A stretch of DNA of 64,000 nucleotides from contig DMXO01000002.1 of the NCBI GenBank assembly GCA_003482855.1, forward strand, positions 28,060 to 92,059, given 5' to 3'. Every line of letters begins with the position of its first letter. Position 1 is the stretch's first letter. The notes beneath the pieces were generated by a model. The model was not told where the DNA came from. It saw only the letters and a program-made list of their open reading frames with translations, and did no database searches. Of the stretch, positions 28,209-38,086 are shown piece after piece. The DNA is from Candidatus Magasanikiibacteriota bacterium (lineage in GTDB: Bacteria > Patescibacteriota > Patescibacteriia > Magasanikbacterales > UBA922). A program made the position numbers and the translations under genes.

Positions 28209-30794
28209 ATGTTTGTCGGACTATTTCAATTCACGGTCATTGACGAAGCTCTCTTGGCACAGCCATCGTCGCCTATAGACGATGCCATGCTCGTCAATAT
28301 GACCATCATAGGTTCTGTACTCCTCCTTATTGTTGGAGTTGTTTTTATAGTACGCTCGTTTACGAGATCAATTTTCAAAATTAAACATGCATTTGATCTC
28401 ACCGTTCTCAGTATCATGGTACCAAAAGAAAAAAAATCAGAAGGTTCAAGCAATGCATCTCAAGAAGAACGATTGGAGCAAGTTAGAGAAGAGATAGGAA
28501 TCACTGAAACAATCTTTGCTACAGTAGCAGGTCTGCGTGCTCAGCGTGGTATACACAAATGGTTCAAAGGAAGAAATGACCATTTTTCTTTTGAGATGGT
28601 CGTACACAACAATCTCATCAATTTCTATGTCGCGGTACCACACAAGCTCAAAGGATTTTTGGAACAACAAATAAATGCGCAATATCCGTATGCTCATATA
28701 GAGACAATGGTTGATTATAATATATTTACCAACAAGAGTTCTATTGTGGGGGCCTATATTGTAGGCAAAAATGTCCATGTATTCCCTTTCAAAACATACA
28801 AAAAAATGGACTCAGACCCTCTCTCATCTCTCCTCAATGTACTTGCGCGTGTCCATGAACAAAATAGTTCTGCTGCTATACAATTTGTGGTACGTTCTGC
28901 TCATCGCAAATGGAGACGCAAAGGCGTGCGCATTGTGCGAGAAGTAAAAAAAGGAGAAAAATTTGAACATGTGGTACACAGAAACTTCTTCACCAAAATA
29001 CTCAAACAGGTGGGCAAAGGTATGGGAGAACAATTGGCAACCAAAGATTCTACCAACCTCAATCAACCACAAAATCACTACCAACTCTCTGCTATGGAAG
29101 AGGAGATGCTCAAAGGTGTTGAAGAAAAGTTGAGCAAAGGAGGTCTGGATGTGACGATACGTATGGTGAGCGCTTCAGACAATCCCGATGTTGCACGCAT
29201 GAACCTAGATAATTTAGTCAATTCATTTAGCCAGTACAATCTGTATCGTTATGGTAATTCATTTGGCGCAGTCATACCAAAAAACCAAAAAACAATTATA
29301 CAAGATTTCATTTACCGTTCATTCAATGAACAAAGAGATACACTCCTCAATACCGAAGAAATGGCGAGCCTTTGGCATCTGCCACTTCATTCGACTGAGG
29401 CACCAAATATCAAATGGCTCGGTGCACGCAAACCACCACCACCTCCCAACCTTCCAGCTGAGGGCATTCTCATGGGTCATATTCCCTATCGCGGACAAGA
29501 TTATCCGGTGCGACTCAAAGATGCTGACAGACGTCGCCACCTCTATGTGATTGGAAAATCTGGCAGTGGCAAATCCGTACTCATACAAAATCTTGCGGTG
29601 CAAGATATACAAAATGGCAAAGGCGTTGCGATAATTGACCCTCATGGAGACTTTGCAGAATATGTCCTATCTCATGTACCCAAAGAACGCGCTGATGATG
29701 TAGTTATCTTTGATCCATCAGATTTCGAACGTCCTATCGGCCTCAACATGCTCGAAGTAAAAGATGAAGACCAAAAGGACTTTGCTGTACAAGAAATGAT
29801 ATCTATATTTTATAAGTTGTTCCCTCCAGAGATGATTGGGCCTATGTTTGAACACAACATGCGCAATGTCATGCTCACACTTATGGCAGATTTGAAAAAT
29901 CCAGGAACCATTATAGATATTCCACGCATGTTTACCGATGATGATTATGTGAAGATGTATCTCAAGAAGCTCAAAGATCCGGTCGTACGTGCATTCTGGG
30001 AAAAAGAAATGGCAAAAACAAGTGATTTCCACAAATCAGAGATGCTTGGCTATTTGATCTCCAAAGTCGGTCGATTTGTCGAAAATGATATGATGCGCAA
30101 TATCATGGGCCAGCAAAAATCTGGCTTTGATTTCCGCGATGTCATGGATAAACAAAAAATTCTTATTGTCAACCTCGCAAAAGGAAAAACAGGGGAGGTA
30201 AATGCCAAACTCATCGGTCTCATCATCGTGGCAAAATTACAAATGGCTGCCATGGGACGTGCTGACTTACCTGAAGATGAACGCAAAGATTTTTATCTCT
30301 ATATTGATGAATTCCAAAACTTTATTACTGATTCTATCGCTATTATTCTTTCCGAGGCCAGAAAATACAGGCTTGATCTCATCATAGCTCATCAATATCT
30401 CAATCAACTGGTAAATGAAAAAGGCAGAGCAGAAATAAAAGATGCTGTCCTTGGTAATGTAGGTACTATTTGTTCATATCGTATTGGTCCCGAGGATGCA
30501 GATATTTTGGCGAAGGAATTCGCGCCTACATTTGGTGCGTACGATCTCATGAACGTAGAAAAGTTTACTTGCAATACCAAACTTCTGGTCGACAATCAAG
30601 CAACCAAACCGTTCAATATGTCCGTATATGCTCCAGAGAAAGGTAATATTCAACTTGCCAGTGCCATCAAACAACTTTCTCGCCTCAAATTTGGTCGTGA
30701 TCGTAGTATTGTGGAGGCAGAAATCATGGAACGCACCAAGCTAGATCAAGGTACAAGTGAAAGTAAGGATGATATGATTGAAGCGAGCCTTTGA
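28209..30794 (+). CDS. Membrane-anchored P-loop ATPase of the VirD4/TraD/TraG coupling-protein - HerA/FtsK (DUF87) superfamily
   Basis: N-terminal TM helix. C-terminal half has Walker A GKSGSGKS, IIDPHGDF motif, Walker B LYIDEFQNF. N-terminal about 440 aa domain of unknown function. Confidence 0.55.
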   Translation: MFVGLFQFTVIDEALLAQPSSPIDDAMLVNMTIIGSVLLLIVGVVFIVRSFTRSIFKIKHAFDLTVLSIMVPKEKKSEGSSNASQEERLEQVREEIGITETIFATVAGLRAQRGIHKWFKGRNDHFSFEMVVHNNLINFYVAVPHKLKGFLEQQINAQYPYAHIETMVDYNIFTNKSSIVGAYIVGKNVHVFPFKTYKKMDSDPLSSLLNVLARVHEQNSSAAIQFVVRSAHRKWRRKGVRIVREVKKGEKFEHVVHRNFFTKILKQVGKGMGEQLATKDSTNLNQPQNHYQLSAMEEEMLKGVEEKLSKGGLDVTIRMVSASDNPDVARMNLDNLVNSFSQYNLYRYGNSFGAVIPKNQKTIIQDFIYRSFNEQRDTLLNTEEMASLWHLPLHSTEAPNIKWLGARKPPPPPNLPAEGILMGHIPYRGQDYPVRLKDADRRRHLYVIGKSGSGKSVLIQNLAVQDIQNGKGVAIIDPHGDFAEYVLSHVPKERADDVVIFDPSDFERPIGLNMLEVKDEDQKDFAVQEMISIFYKLFPPEMIGPMFEHNMRNVMLTLMADLKNPGTIIDIPRMFTDDDYVKMYLKKLKDPVVRAFWEKEMAKTSDFHKSEMLGYLISKVGRFVENDMMRNIMGQQKSGFDFRDVMDKQKILIVNLAKGKTGEVNAKLIGLIIVAKLQMAAMGRADLPEDERKDFYLYIDEFQNFITDSIAIILSEARKYRLDLIIAHQYLNQLVNEKGRAEIKDAVLGNVGTICSYRIGPEDADILAKEFAPTFGAYDLMNVEKFTCNTKLLVDNQATKPFNMSVYAPEKGNIQLASAIKQLSRLKFGRDRSIVEAEIMERTKLDQGTSESKDDMIEASL

Positions 30795-30979
30795 TAAGTC
30801 TTCTCAGCTATTTTGGATATCTAGGTCTTCTGGGTTACACATATGTATGGGAAATTATAAAAATCTTAACTACCATTGTCTTAAATAGCAGAAAAAATAA
30901 TTAAAAAATATCATTCATCATTTGCCATTCGGCATTTAGCATTCCGTCAACATATTATTCCCACGTTATCCCCTTTCCC

Positions 30980-31002
30980 GCCTGACTCACGTCAGGCTTT
31001 TT
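30980..31002 (+). terminator. Rho-independent terminator (gcctgac tcac gtcaggc + TTTTT)
   Basis: 7-bp perfect stem and T-run downstream of the ATPase gene. Confidence 0.6.
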
Positions 31003-31051
31003 GTTATAATACAAAAACTAATTTACAACACACACAGATAAAACAAATACT

Positions 31052-31711
31052 ATGAATCAAGTCTCTGACATCATTAATGATCAACTGGTGCGCGTACTCA
31101 GCAATATGCCTCCATCATCTTTTTCTGAAAAACAAGAAGAAACAGAGACCTATTTATCTCCTATACACGAGACGCCATCGAACCTCAGCCAAGAAAAAAC
31201 GTCCTCTATTGATATTCCACAAATACGACGGTCACTCTACGCGATAAAAGACCAAATTGATGCTGTTCTCAAATTACTCAACCATGAAATTGTACAACTT
31301 ACCCCTAACATTCCTGACCTGCAAATATCATCTACAGGAGAAAAAATCATTGAAGGAGTATTCAATGGAGAAAAAATGGTAGGCTCTGACGGACAAGAAT
31401 ATACAGTACCGCCAAACTATGCAAGCAAGTCAAAAATTGTTGAGGGAGACATGATGAAATTAACCATTGCGCATAACGGCAGATTCATCTACAAACAAAT
31501 TGGTCCTGTAGAACGCAAACGTGTCATAGGCACACTCATATACGATGAAGAGAAGCAGCTCTGGTATGCACGACATGAGCATAATCAATACAAAATACTC
31601 ACTGCGTCAGTGACTTTTTATCGAGGCAAACCAGGAGACGAAGTCATCATTCTTCTCCCCGAAGGGAATCATTGTGATTGGGGCGCAGTTGAAAATATTA
31701 TCTCTCGCTAG
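31052..31711 (+). CDS. Hypothetical protein (219 aa)
   Basis: ORF with upstream TATAAT-like box. No family recognised. Confidence 0.4.
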   Translation: MNQVSDIINDQLVRVLSNMPPSSFSEKQEETETYLSPIHETPSNLSQEKTSSIDIPQIRRSLYAIKDQIDAVLKLLNHEIVQLTPNIPDLQISSTGEKIIEGVFNGEKMVGSDGQEYTVPPNYASKSKIVEGDMMKLTIAHNGRFIYKQIGPVERKRVIGTLIYDEEKQLWYARHEHNQYKILTASVTFYRGKPGDEVIILLPEGNHCDWGAVENIISR

Positions 31712-31714
31712 TTT

Positions 31715-31850
31715 CACTAAAGCACTGGGGCACAAAAGCACTTAAGCACCTATAGCATAGAAAAAATAAATCTATATTTAACAAAAAGCACCCCTTCAAG
31801 GAGTGCTTTAATGTTTGTGTGCTTAAATGCTTGAGTGAAACTAACTCAAA
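31715..31850. repeat. AAGCAC-motif repeat element copy 2, arranged as an imperfect inverted repeat around a hairpin terminator
   Basis: agtttcactaaagcactggggcacaaaagcacttaagcac ... gtgcttaaatgcttgagtgaaact. Internal aaagcacccc ttcaagg agtgcttt hairpin. Confidence 0.5.
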
Positions 31851-32095
31851 TGTGTTGAAACCAATTTGGTCATTTCAAACATGTTGACTTCATCTTTGCC
31901 AAATATTGGTCTAAGAGTATCATCTGCAAAAATATTTCGTTTATTTTTTGGATTCTGTAAATCGTGTTTTTTGATATATTCCCAAAGTTTTTTCACAACC
32001 TGTGAACGTGGCATTGGACCTTTACCGACGACTGCTTCAAGCTCTGGAGTGAGATTCATTGGCTTGAGCAATGCTGGATTTGCTTTGCGTGGCAT
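31841..32095 (-). CDS. SWIB/MDM2 domain protein
   Basis: 84 aa, LSPELEAVVG...RSQVVKKLWEYIKKHDLQNPKNKRNI..DDTLRPIFG is the SWIB consensus. Confidence 0.7.
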   Translation of the reverse strand: MPRKANPALLKPMNLTPELEAVVGKGPMPRSQVVKKLWEYIKKHDLQNPKNKRNIFADDTLRPIFGKDEVNMFEMTKLVSTHLS

Positions 32096-32260
32096 AGCTA
32101 TATAGTTAATATATTAATTTTATCTATCCACATGGTATCATATTTTGGTAAAACGTACAAGAACTACACTACAAAATTCATTTTACGAACCACAAGAAAT
32201 ACGCTATACTATCACCGCTGAAATTCAAAATTTTAAATCAAAAATTTCAAATCCCGCCCT

Positions 32261-33802
32261 ATGGCTCTCTATCACACGTACCGTCCACAGACCTTCGCAG
32301 ACATCATCGGACAGGCACATATCACGACAACACTCGAAAATCAGGTAAAGAAAAACAAAACTGCACACGCATATCTCTTTTCAGGACCACGTGGAGTTGG
32401 CAAGACCACAACTGCGCGTATTTTAGCCAAATCTTTGAATTGCCCAAACCGTAAAGATGGTAATTTCGAACCATGCAATGCCTGCAGTTCATGCGATGAA
32501 ATTAGTGCATCACGCTCTATCGATGTGATAGAAATAGATGCTGCGAGCCATACCGGCGTAGACAATGTACGCCAAAATATAATAGAAAATGCCCAATTCA
32601 AACCGACCAAGTCAACATACAAAATTTTCATCATAGATGAGGTCCATATGTTGTCCACAGCCGCCTTCAATGCCCTCTTGAAGACACTCGAAGAACCACC
32701 TACTTTTGTAACGTTTATACTCGCGACCACAGATCCTCACAAACTCCCTCTCACTATCATTTCTCGTTGTCAAAGATTCAATTTTGGCAAGGTTGCAGAT
32801 GATGAAATGAAAAAATATCTAAAAACAATAGCAAAGAAAGAAGATACCAAAATAGATGACGAGGTGATAGATCGAATCGTACGAAAAGGTGAAGGTTGTG
32901 CACGTGACGCCCTGAGTCTCCTCGACCAGATTATGGCAACAGGTGAAAAACATATCACCACAGATACAGCCTCGCTTGTACTACCGGGCACTCACATAGA
33001 AATGCAGATGGAATATGTCGAATATCTGCTAACAAAAAAATTAGAGCCCGCACTATCTTTTGTACATAAGCTCGTGCAAGATGGTGTAAATATTCCGCAT
33101 TTTGCTACAGAGCTTATTGAGTTTGAACGTGTCCTCATGATAGCCACGGTAGATCTGCATCTTGCCGAACACGAACTTGACCTGACCAAAGAAGCAAAAA
33201 AACAACTATCTGAAATGACAAAACTCACCTCGCAAATCGATATGGTTCACCTCCTTGACTTGACTATGAAGCGAGCAAACGAAATTAAGTCATCTCCCTT
33301 GCCCCAGCTCCCTTTGGAAATGCTCACTATAGAATGGTGTGCTAATACAAGCCAGTCACATACACCCCTACAAAACCACGTCGCGGATACAAAACCAAAC
33401 GTGCCAGAGACAAATATACACGAAGTAACAAAGACAACACTCAAAGAAAAGGTAAAGCAGATTGTTTCAAAAAACACTATTACCAAAGCTGATGTCGAAA
33501 CAAAATGGCAGGTATGCATGAATATAGTAGAAAAAGAAACCCCTTCTCTTGCCTTTGTACTCAAAATGGCCCACTTAGACGAGGTAGATGCAAATACTAT
33601 TAAATTTTCAGTTCCCTATACTTTTCACCAAGAAAAATTGATGGACAAACAAATCAAAAATAGATTAGAGACTATATTTACTGATGCGCTTGAAACAAAA
33701 ATGAAAATAGATGTCATAGTACAGGAACAAGCTGAACAAGACCGCCAAAATCAAGAACTTGAAAATCTTGCATCGGCACTAGGTGGTGAGGTCATCAATT
33801 AA
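32261..33802 (+). CDS. dnaX: DNA polymerase III subunit gamma/tau
   Basis: GPRGVGKTT Walker A, CNACSSCDE zinc module, DEVHML Walker B, SRC sensor motif. Confidence 0.9.
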   Translation: MALYHTYRPQTFADIIGQAHITTTLENQVKKNKTAHAYLFSGPRGVGKTTTARILAKSLNCPNRKDGNFEPCNACSSCDEISASRSIDVIEIDAASHTGVDNVRQNIIENAQFKPTKSTYKIFIIDEVHMLSTAAFNALLKTLEEPPTFVTFILATTDPHKLPLTIISRCQRFNFGKVADDEMKKYLKTIAKKEDTKIDDEVIDRIVRKGEGCARDALSLLDQIMATGEKHITTDTASLVLPGTHIEMQMEYVEYLLTKKLEPALSFVHKLVQDGVNIPHFATELIEFERVLMIATVDLHLAEHELDLTKEAKKQLSEMTKLTSQIDMVHLLDLTMKRANEIKSSPLPQLPLEMLTIEWCANTSQSHTPLQNHVADTKPNVPETNIHEVTKTTLKEKVKQIVSKNTITKADVETKWQVCMNIVEKETPSLAFVLKMAHLDEVDANTIKFSVPYTFHQEKLMDKQIKNRLETIFTDALETKMKIDVIVQEQAEQDRQNQELENLASALGGEVIN

Positions 33803-33830
33803 TGAAACTATGAAGCAATAAACTAGCTAT

Positions 33831-34838
33831 ATGGCACACCTCAAACGATACAAAATTATAGGTATTGTATGCATATTGCATGTACTATTGTTTCCTTCAA
33901 TTTCATACGCAAAAACACAAACACTTCCTGTCCCCTTCTCATCACAAGCACCCGATGACATCTGGACAGAACCATGGAGAAACGCATGTGAAGAAGCTTC
34001 CAGCATGATGGTAGAGCTTTTTTATTTCGGATATAGCAAGAGAACAATAGATATTGAGACAGCAAAAGAAAAAATAAATCAATTGGTAAAATTGGAAAAT
34101 AAACATCTCGGGTTTCACACTGATACGAATGCAAAACAAATAGCAGAAATGATAAATTTGTATTTACCATGGGAAGCTTATACGGTGCCAAATCCAACTC
34201 GTGAACAAATACAATCTGAAATTGATGCGGGACATCCTGTCATCATACCTGTCCATGGTCGTGAACTCAATAACGCACATTACAAAACAGAACAAGTAGA
34301 TTATCATGTACTCGTGATAAGTGGGTATGACGATGAAACAGGAGAATTCATCACCCAAGAACCAGCAACCGACCTCGGTCTTGACTATCGCTATCCATAT
34401 GATACTATTATGACCGCTATACATGATTTCTTGCCACGTGATCGAACATTTGAAGGCGACAAAACAGCCGTATTCACACGAAAAGAAATAATAACTTCAA
34501 AAGATACTGATGGGGACAATGATGGTCTATTGAAAATAGATGAACTAAAACATGGCACTATACTATGGCTTGATGATAGTGATGGAGATGGGTATACTGA
34601 TGGACATGAAGTCAAAAATAACTATTCTCCAATCATAGCAGAAACTGCTCTACCAGATGGGACGCTCATCAAGTCAAAAGACAATCCGGACGTATACATG
34701 ATAGAGCGCGGTACAAAAAGAAAAATAATAAATATGGAAGTATTCATAAACCACGGTTTGATTGGAACAGATATCAGGACTGTAAGCCAAAAATTTATAG
34801 TTTATAAATTGAAAAAAGGAGAAGAAATAAGTAAATAA
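33831..34838 (+). CDS. Secreted protein with N-terminal peptidase-C39-like domain and C-terminal DxDxDG (TSP3-like) repeats
   Basis: Signal peptide, WRNACEEASSMM candidate Cys site, later His. DTDGDNDGL and DDSDGDGYTDGHE repeats. Confidence 0.35.
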   Translation: MAHLKRYKIIGIVCILHVLLFPSISYAKTQTLPVPFSSQAPDDIWTEPWRNACEEASSMMVELFYFGYSKRTIDIETAKEKINQLVKLENKHLGFHTDTNAKQIAEMINLYLPWEAYTVPNPTREQIQSEIDAGHPVIIPVHGRELNNAHYKTEQVDYHVLVISGYDDETGEFITQEPATDLGLDYRYPYDTIMTAIHDFLPRDRTFEGDKTAVFTRKEIITSKDTDGDNDGLLKIDELKHGTILWLDDSDGDGYTDGHEVKNNYSPIIAETALPDGTLIKSKDNPDVYMIERGTKRKIINMEVFINHGLIGTDIRTVSQKFIVYKLKKGEEISK

Positions 34839-34950
34839 TATTCGGGGATCGTCCCGCGTAAAGTTCGCTTCGCTCACCACGCGGCAAGAATAGCTCATAG
34901 TACGTTTCTAGTCTTGTCGCGTGGCGGTCGTAGTAGATCGCTTTACGTGA

Positions 34951-35021
34951 TCGGGGATCGTCTAATGGTAGGACTTTGGGTTCTGGTCCCAACTATCGGG
35001 GTTCAAATCCCTGTCCCCGAG
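34951..35021 (+). tRNA. tRNA-Gln (anticodon CUG)
   Basis: Manual cloverleaf: acceptor tcgggga/tccccga, D-arm gtct-aatggta-ggac, anticodon arm ttggg-ttCTGgt-cccaa, T-arm cgggg-ttcaaat-ccctg (T-loop TTCAAAT), discriminator G. Confidence 0.7.
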
Positions 35022-35083
35022 CCCAGTACCGTACGGTACTGGGCGAGCCACCAACGAGTGGTTTGCCTGGTACGTATGAAAGT

Positions 35084-35113
35084 AAAAACATGGTATATTT
35101 TTACCATGTTTTT
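35084..35113. terminator. Bidirectional terminator (A-run, catggta tatttt taccatg, T-run) between tRNA-Gln and greA
   Basis: 7-bp perfect stem flanked by AAAAA and TTTTT. Confidence 0.6.
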
Positions 35114-35171
35114 AAATTTAAAATTATGTATTACACGTATGTCCTTTTAAGTAAAATAAAAACAAACCTTT

Positions 35172-35669
35172 TCATTCTATTTTCAATATCTTGTATTCTA
35201 CATGTTTACCTGCTATGTCTATACTTACTATATCCCCTATCTGGTGACCAATGAGTGCAGAACCTATGGGAGAATTATGTGAAATGATTCCTTTTTGTGG
35301 ATTGGTCTCAGCAGATCCCAAAATCTGATACATTTTGTCTATACCACCAACAGACACCCTGACCGTATTGCCTACACTCACTCTACCTGCCCCCTTTTCT
35401 GGCTCTATGAGCACAGCATTCCTCAATTGATTTTCCAATTTCAAAATAGTATTGATAATACTTCTCAAACGTCCTTTGGCAAGTTGATACTCTACATTCT
35501 CAGAAAAATCACCAAGCTCAGCAAGTCTACTCACTTCCGCCGCTGCCTGTGGTTGCGTTTTTTTTAATCTTGCTAGTTTTCTTTCTATTTCAACAATCTT
35601 GTCCTTGCTCAAAAAAGGGTCAGGTGTCTGTTTAGCATATTTTCCTAATTTCCTGTATGGTGTTTGCAT
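35172..35669 (-). CDS. greA: Transcription elongation factor GreA
   Basis: Coiled-coil N-domain and FKBP-like C-domain (SPIGSALIGHQIGDIVSIDIAGKHVEYKIL). Confidence 0.88.
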   Translation of the reverse strand: MQTPYRKLGKYAKQTPDPFLSKDKIVEIERKLARLKKTQPQAAAEVSRLAELGDFSENVEYQLAKGRLRSIINTILKLENQLRNAVLIEPEKGAGRVSVGNTVRVSVGGIDKMYQILGSAETNPQKGIISHNSPIGSALIGHQIGDIVSIDIAGKHVEYKILKIE

Positions 35670-35817
35670 AGTGTATTCATCATACCATACTTTATGTGCG
35701 AAAAGAAGGTGTAAAACCTCCGACGACTAAGTCGTGGATTGTACTATCACTGCAAGCAACACAGAAACCATTGATTTACGTGGCACCTTCCTCGCCATTT
35801 CATTTTTTCAGCCAATT

Positions 35818-36675
35818 ATGCTAAGATATGCCCATATGATTCATACTATTGATGGCAAAGCTATCGCACAAAAACTACTCGATAGCCTCAAAAAACAAAT
35901 TGCCCAACTGCCCACACAGCCGAAACTAGCTGTCGTGTATGTTGGTGATGACAAACCATCACGCACGTATATCAGACGTAAACAACAAGCTGCCGAATAT
36001 GTAGGTATTGATTTTGCATTACACACATTCCCTCCTCACATATCAAAGCAAGATCTGATCCAAAACATCATAACTATTCAAAAAGATAAAAATCTTAGTG
36101 GTGTCATAGTCCAGCTTCCTTTGCCCGAACCACTTTATACCGACGAGGTCTTGAATGCAGTACGTCCAGAGTTCGATGTAGATTGCCTCACTGATACAAA
36201 TATTGGGAAACTCGTTATGAAAACGCACGCTATCACACCACCAACTCCCGAAGCCGTCTGCGTTGTACTCGATGAAATTGCTGTAAATGTTGAAGGGAAA
36301 AATATTACTATCATAGGGGCAGGTGCACTCGTAGGCAAACCACTCTCTGTCATGCTTCTCAACCGCAAAGCAACAGTCACGACATGCAATAGCCGCACGA
36401 AAAATCTAAAAAAACATTGTCGCAAAGCTGATATTATTGTGAGCGCTGTCGGCAAAAAGGATCTGGTACGTGGCAACATGGTCAAAAAAGGCACTATTGT
36501 TATTGATACAGGCATCTCATTTGAAAAAGGGAAAATGTATGGCGATATCAATTTCAAAGAAGTATCAAAAAAAGCAAGCTATGTCACGCCAACTCCGGGT
36601 GGTATAGGGCCTATCACGGTTGCATTATTGCTCAAAAACGTTATACAGTTGTCGTCCCAAAATCTTCAAAATTAA
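35818..36675 (+). CDS. folD: Bifunctional methylenetetrahydrofolate dehydrogenase/cyclohydrolase
   Basis: IIDGKAIAQ start region, YVGDDKPSRTYIRRK motif, GxGxxVG NAD(P)-binding (IIGAGALVGKP). Start is uncertain: the track ORF begins at 35734 but the likely start is Met 35818 or 35836. Confidence 0.8.
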   Translation: MLRYAHMIHTIDGKAIAQKLLDSLKKQIAQLPTQPKLAVVYVGDDKPSRTYIRRKQQAAEYVGIDFALHTFPPHISKQDLIQNIITIQKDKNLSGVIVQLPLPEPLYTDEVLNAVRPEFDVDCLTDTNIGKLVMKTHAITPPTPEAVCVVLDEIAVNVEGKNITIIGAGALVGKPLSVMLLNRKATVTTCNSRTKNLKKHCRKADIIVSAVGKKDLVRGNMVKKGTIVIDTGISFEKGKMYGDINFKEVSKKASYVTPTPGGIGPITVALLLKNVIQLSSQNLQN

Positions 36676-38086
36676 TATGTTTGAGGTACACAAAAAATGG
36701 TCTGCAATGCTACACAACCATTCTTTTGTTTATATATTTTTTCTCGGTATCACACTGATAATTTATTTTCCTGTTTTTCAATTTACTTTTTTTCAAGATG
36801 ATTATGTGTGGATCTCACATGCAAAAGATGTGTGGGCAGGCAATGCGCACATAATCACATTGCGCATATCAAATTTTGTCATGCCTACGGTATACGCATA
36901 TTTTGCAATATACGTGAAGTTATTTGGTCTTGCGAGCTCGTGGTATTACTTGGCCAATATACTATTGCACGCTCTCAATGCGCTCCTGATCTACAAAATC
37001 ACACAAAAAATCTTACCTACAAACATAGCATTCCTCTCAAGCATATTATTTCTCGTATTGCGATATCCACTTGAGTCAGTTTCTTGGATCAGCGCGGTCA
37101 CTGTACTTTTGACTACCTGTTTCTTGCTCCTCAGCGGACTGTATTGGCTCACATTTTTGACATCAAAAAATCCAAAACATTATATATTATTTTTATTAGC
37201 ATCCTTCATGCTTGTCTTTACCAAAGAATGGTCAATACTCCTCATTCCTTTCATTATCATGGTACATACTCTCTTTTGCATGCGTACCAATCAACCGATC
37301 TATCACAAAAAATATATACTCTACCTCATTCCCCTAGTTGGAATATTCCTCTCATATGGACTGATAGAACTATCTATCCAGCACAATACAAATGCGCTCA
37401 TTACCAAAGGCTACTATAAGATTGGGTGGCACAGCATCCCCAACATAGTATCGAACATTCTCCTTACATTTGTACCTCTCACCAACCTCGCGCACACTGA
37501 ACCTGTGTGGTGGCTTGCTATGTCTACAATAATTCTAGTTGCAGGATTAGCATCGGGAATTTATATAGTTATCAAGAAAAAAAATCCACTTGTATTCGGA
37601 ATTATATGGATGATAATTTCTTTTTTACCCACTTCTTTTTTCACATGGGATCCATACGTAAGCCGATACGCATATATCCCCGCCATCGGTGCAGCACTAT
37701 GCATTGGATACGGCATTACACTTATACAAAACTCCCTACGCAAGCAGTGGATTACACGAACAGCGATTATCCTCGTGATACTCTACGGTATGATAAATGT
37801 ATTATTTACCTATCGTGTCTTAAATAATTTGTACAAGCCAATACATGAAGAAAATATTCGTTTTGCAAACGCACTATATGAAATAGAAGACAAACTAGAC
37901 AAATCTAATGATTTGGCTATATATTATGATACGCCTCACAAAGCATTTATATTACCAGAAATTTTTCATACGCTCATCAATATACCTACTCACAAAGTCC
38001 ACGTAATACACACAAATGAGGAATGTACGGAATACAACCAATGTTATGCGTGGAATCCAACCAAAAAAATAATAGAACAATTATGA
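36620..38086 (+). CDS. Polytopic GT-C-type membrane glycosyltransferase-like protein (PMT/ArnT/DUF2723-like)
   Basis: 488 aa, about 11 TM helices, early DD motif (FQDDY), directly upstream of and overlapping a Dpm1-like GT2. Confidence 0.45.
   Translation: MHYCSKTLYSCRPKIFKINMFEVHKKWSAMLHNHSFVYIFFLGITLIIYFPVFQFTFFQDDYVWISHAKDVWAGNAHIITLRISNFVMPTVYAYFAIYVKLFGLASSWYYLANILLHALNALLIYKITQKILPTNIAFLSSILFLVLRYPLESVSWISAVTVLLTTCFLLLSGLYWLTFLTSKNPKHYILFLLASFMLVFTKEWSILLIPFIIMVHTLFCMRTNQPIYHKKYILYLIPLVGIFLSYGLIELSIQHNTNALITKGYYKIGWHSIPNIVSNILLTFVPLTNLAHTEPVWWLAMSTIILVAGLASGIYIVIKKKNPLVFGIIWMIISFLPTSFFTWDPYVSRYAYIPAIGAALCIGYGITLIQNSLRKQWITRTAIILVILYGMINVLFTYRVLNNLYKPIHEENIRFANALYEIEDKLDKSNDLAIYYDTPHKAFILPEIFHTLINIPTHKVHVIHTNEECTEYNQCYAWNPTKKIIEQL

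Noticed and set aside
34853-34950. Second tRNA gene upstream of tRNA-Gln
   Set aside because: Shares only the first 12 nt with the tRNA. The remainder does not form D/anticodon/T arms. Treated as a duplicated fragment.
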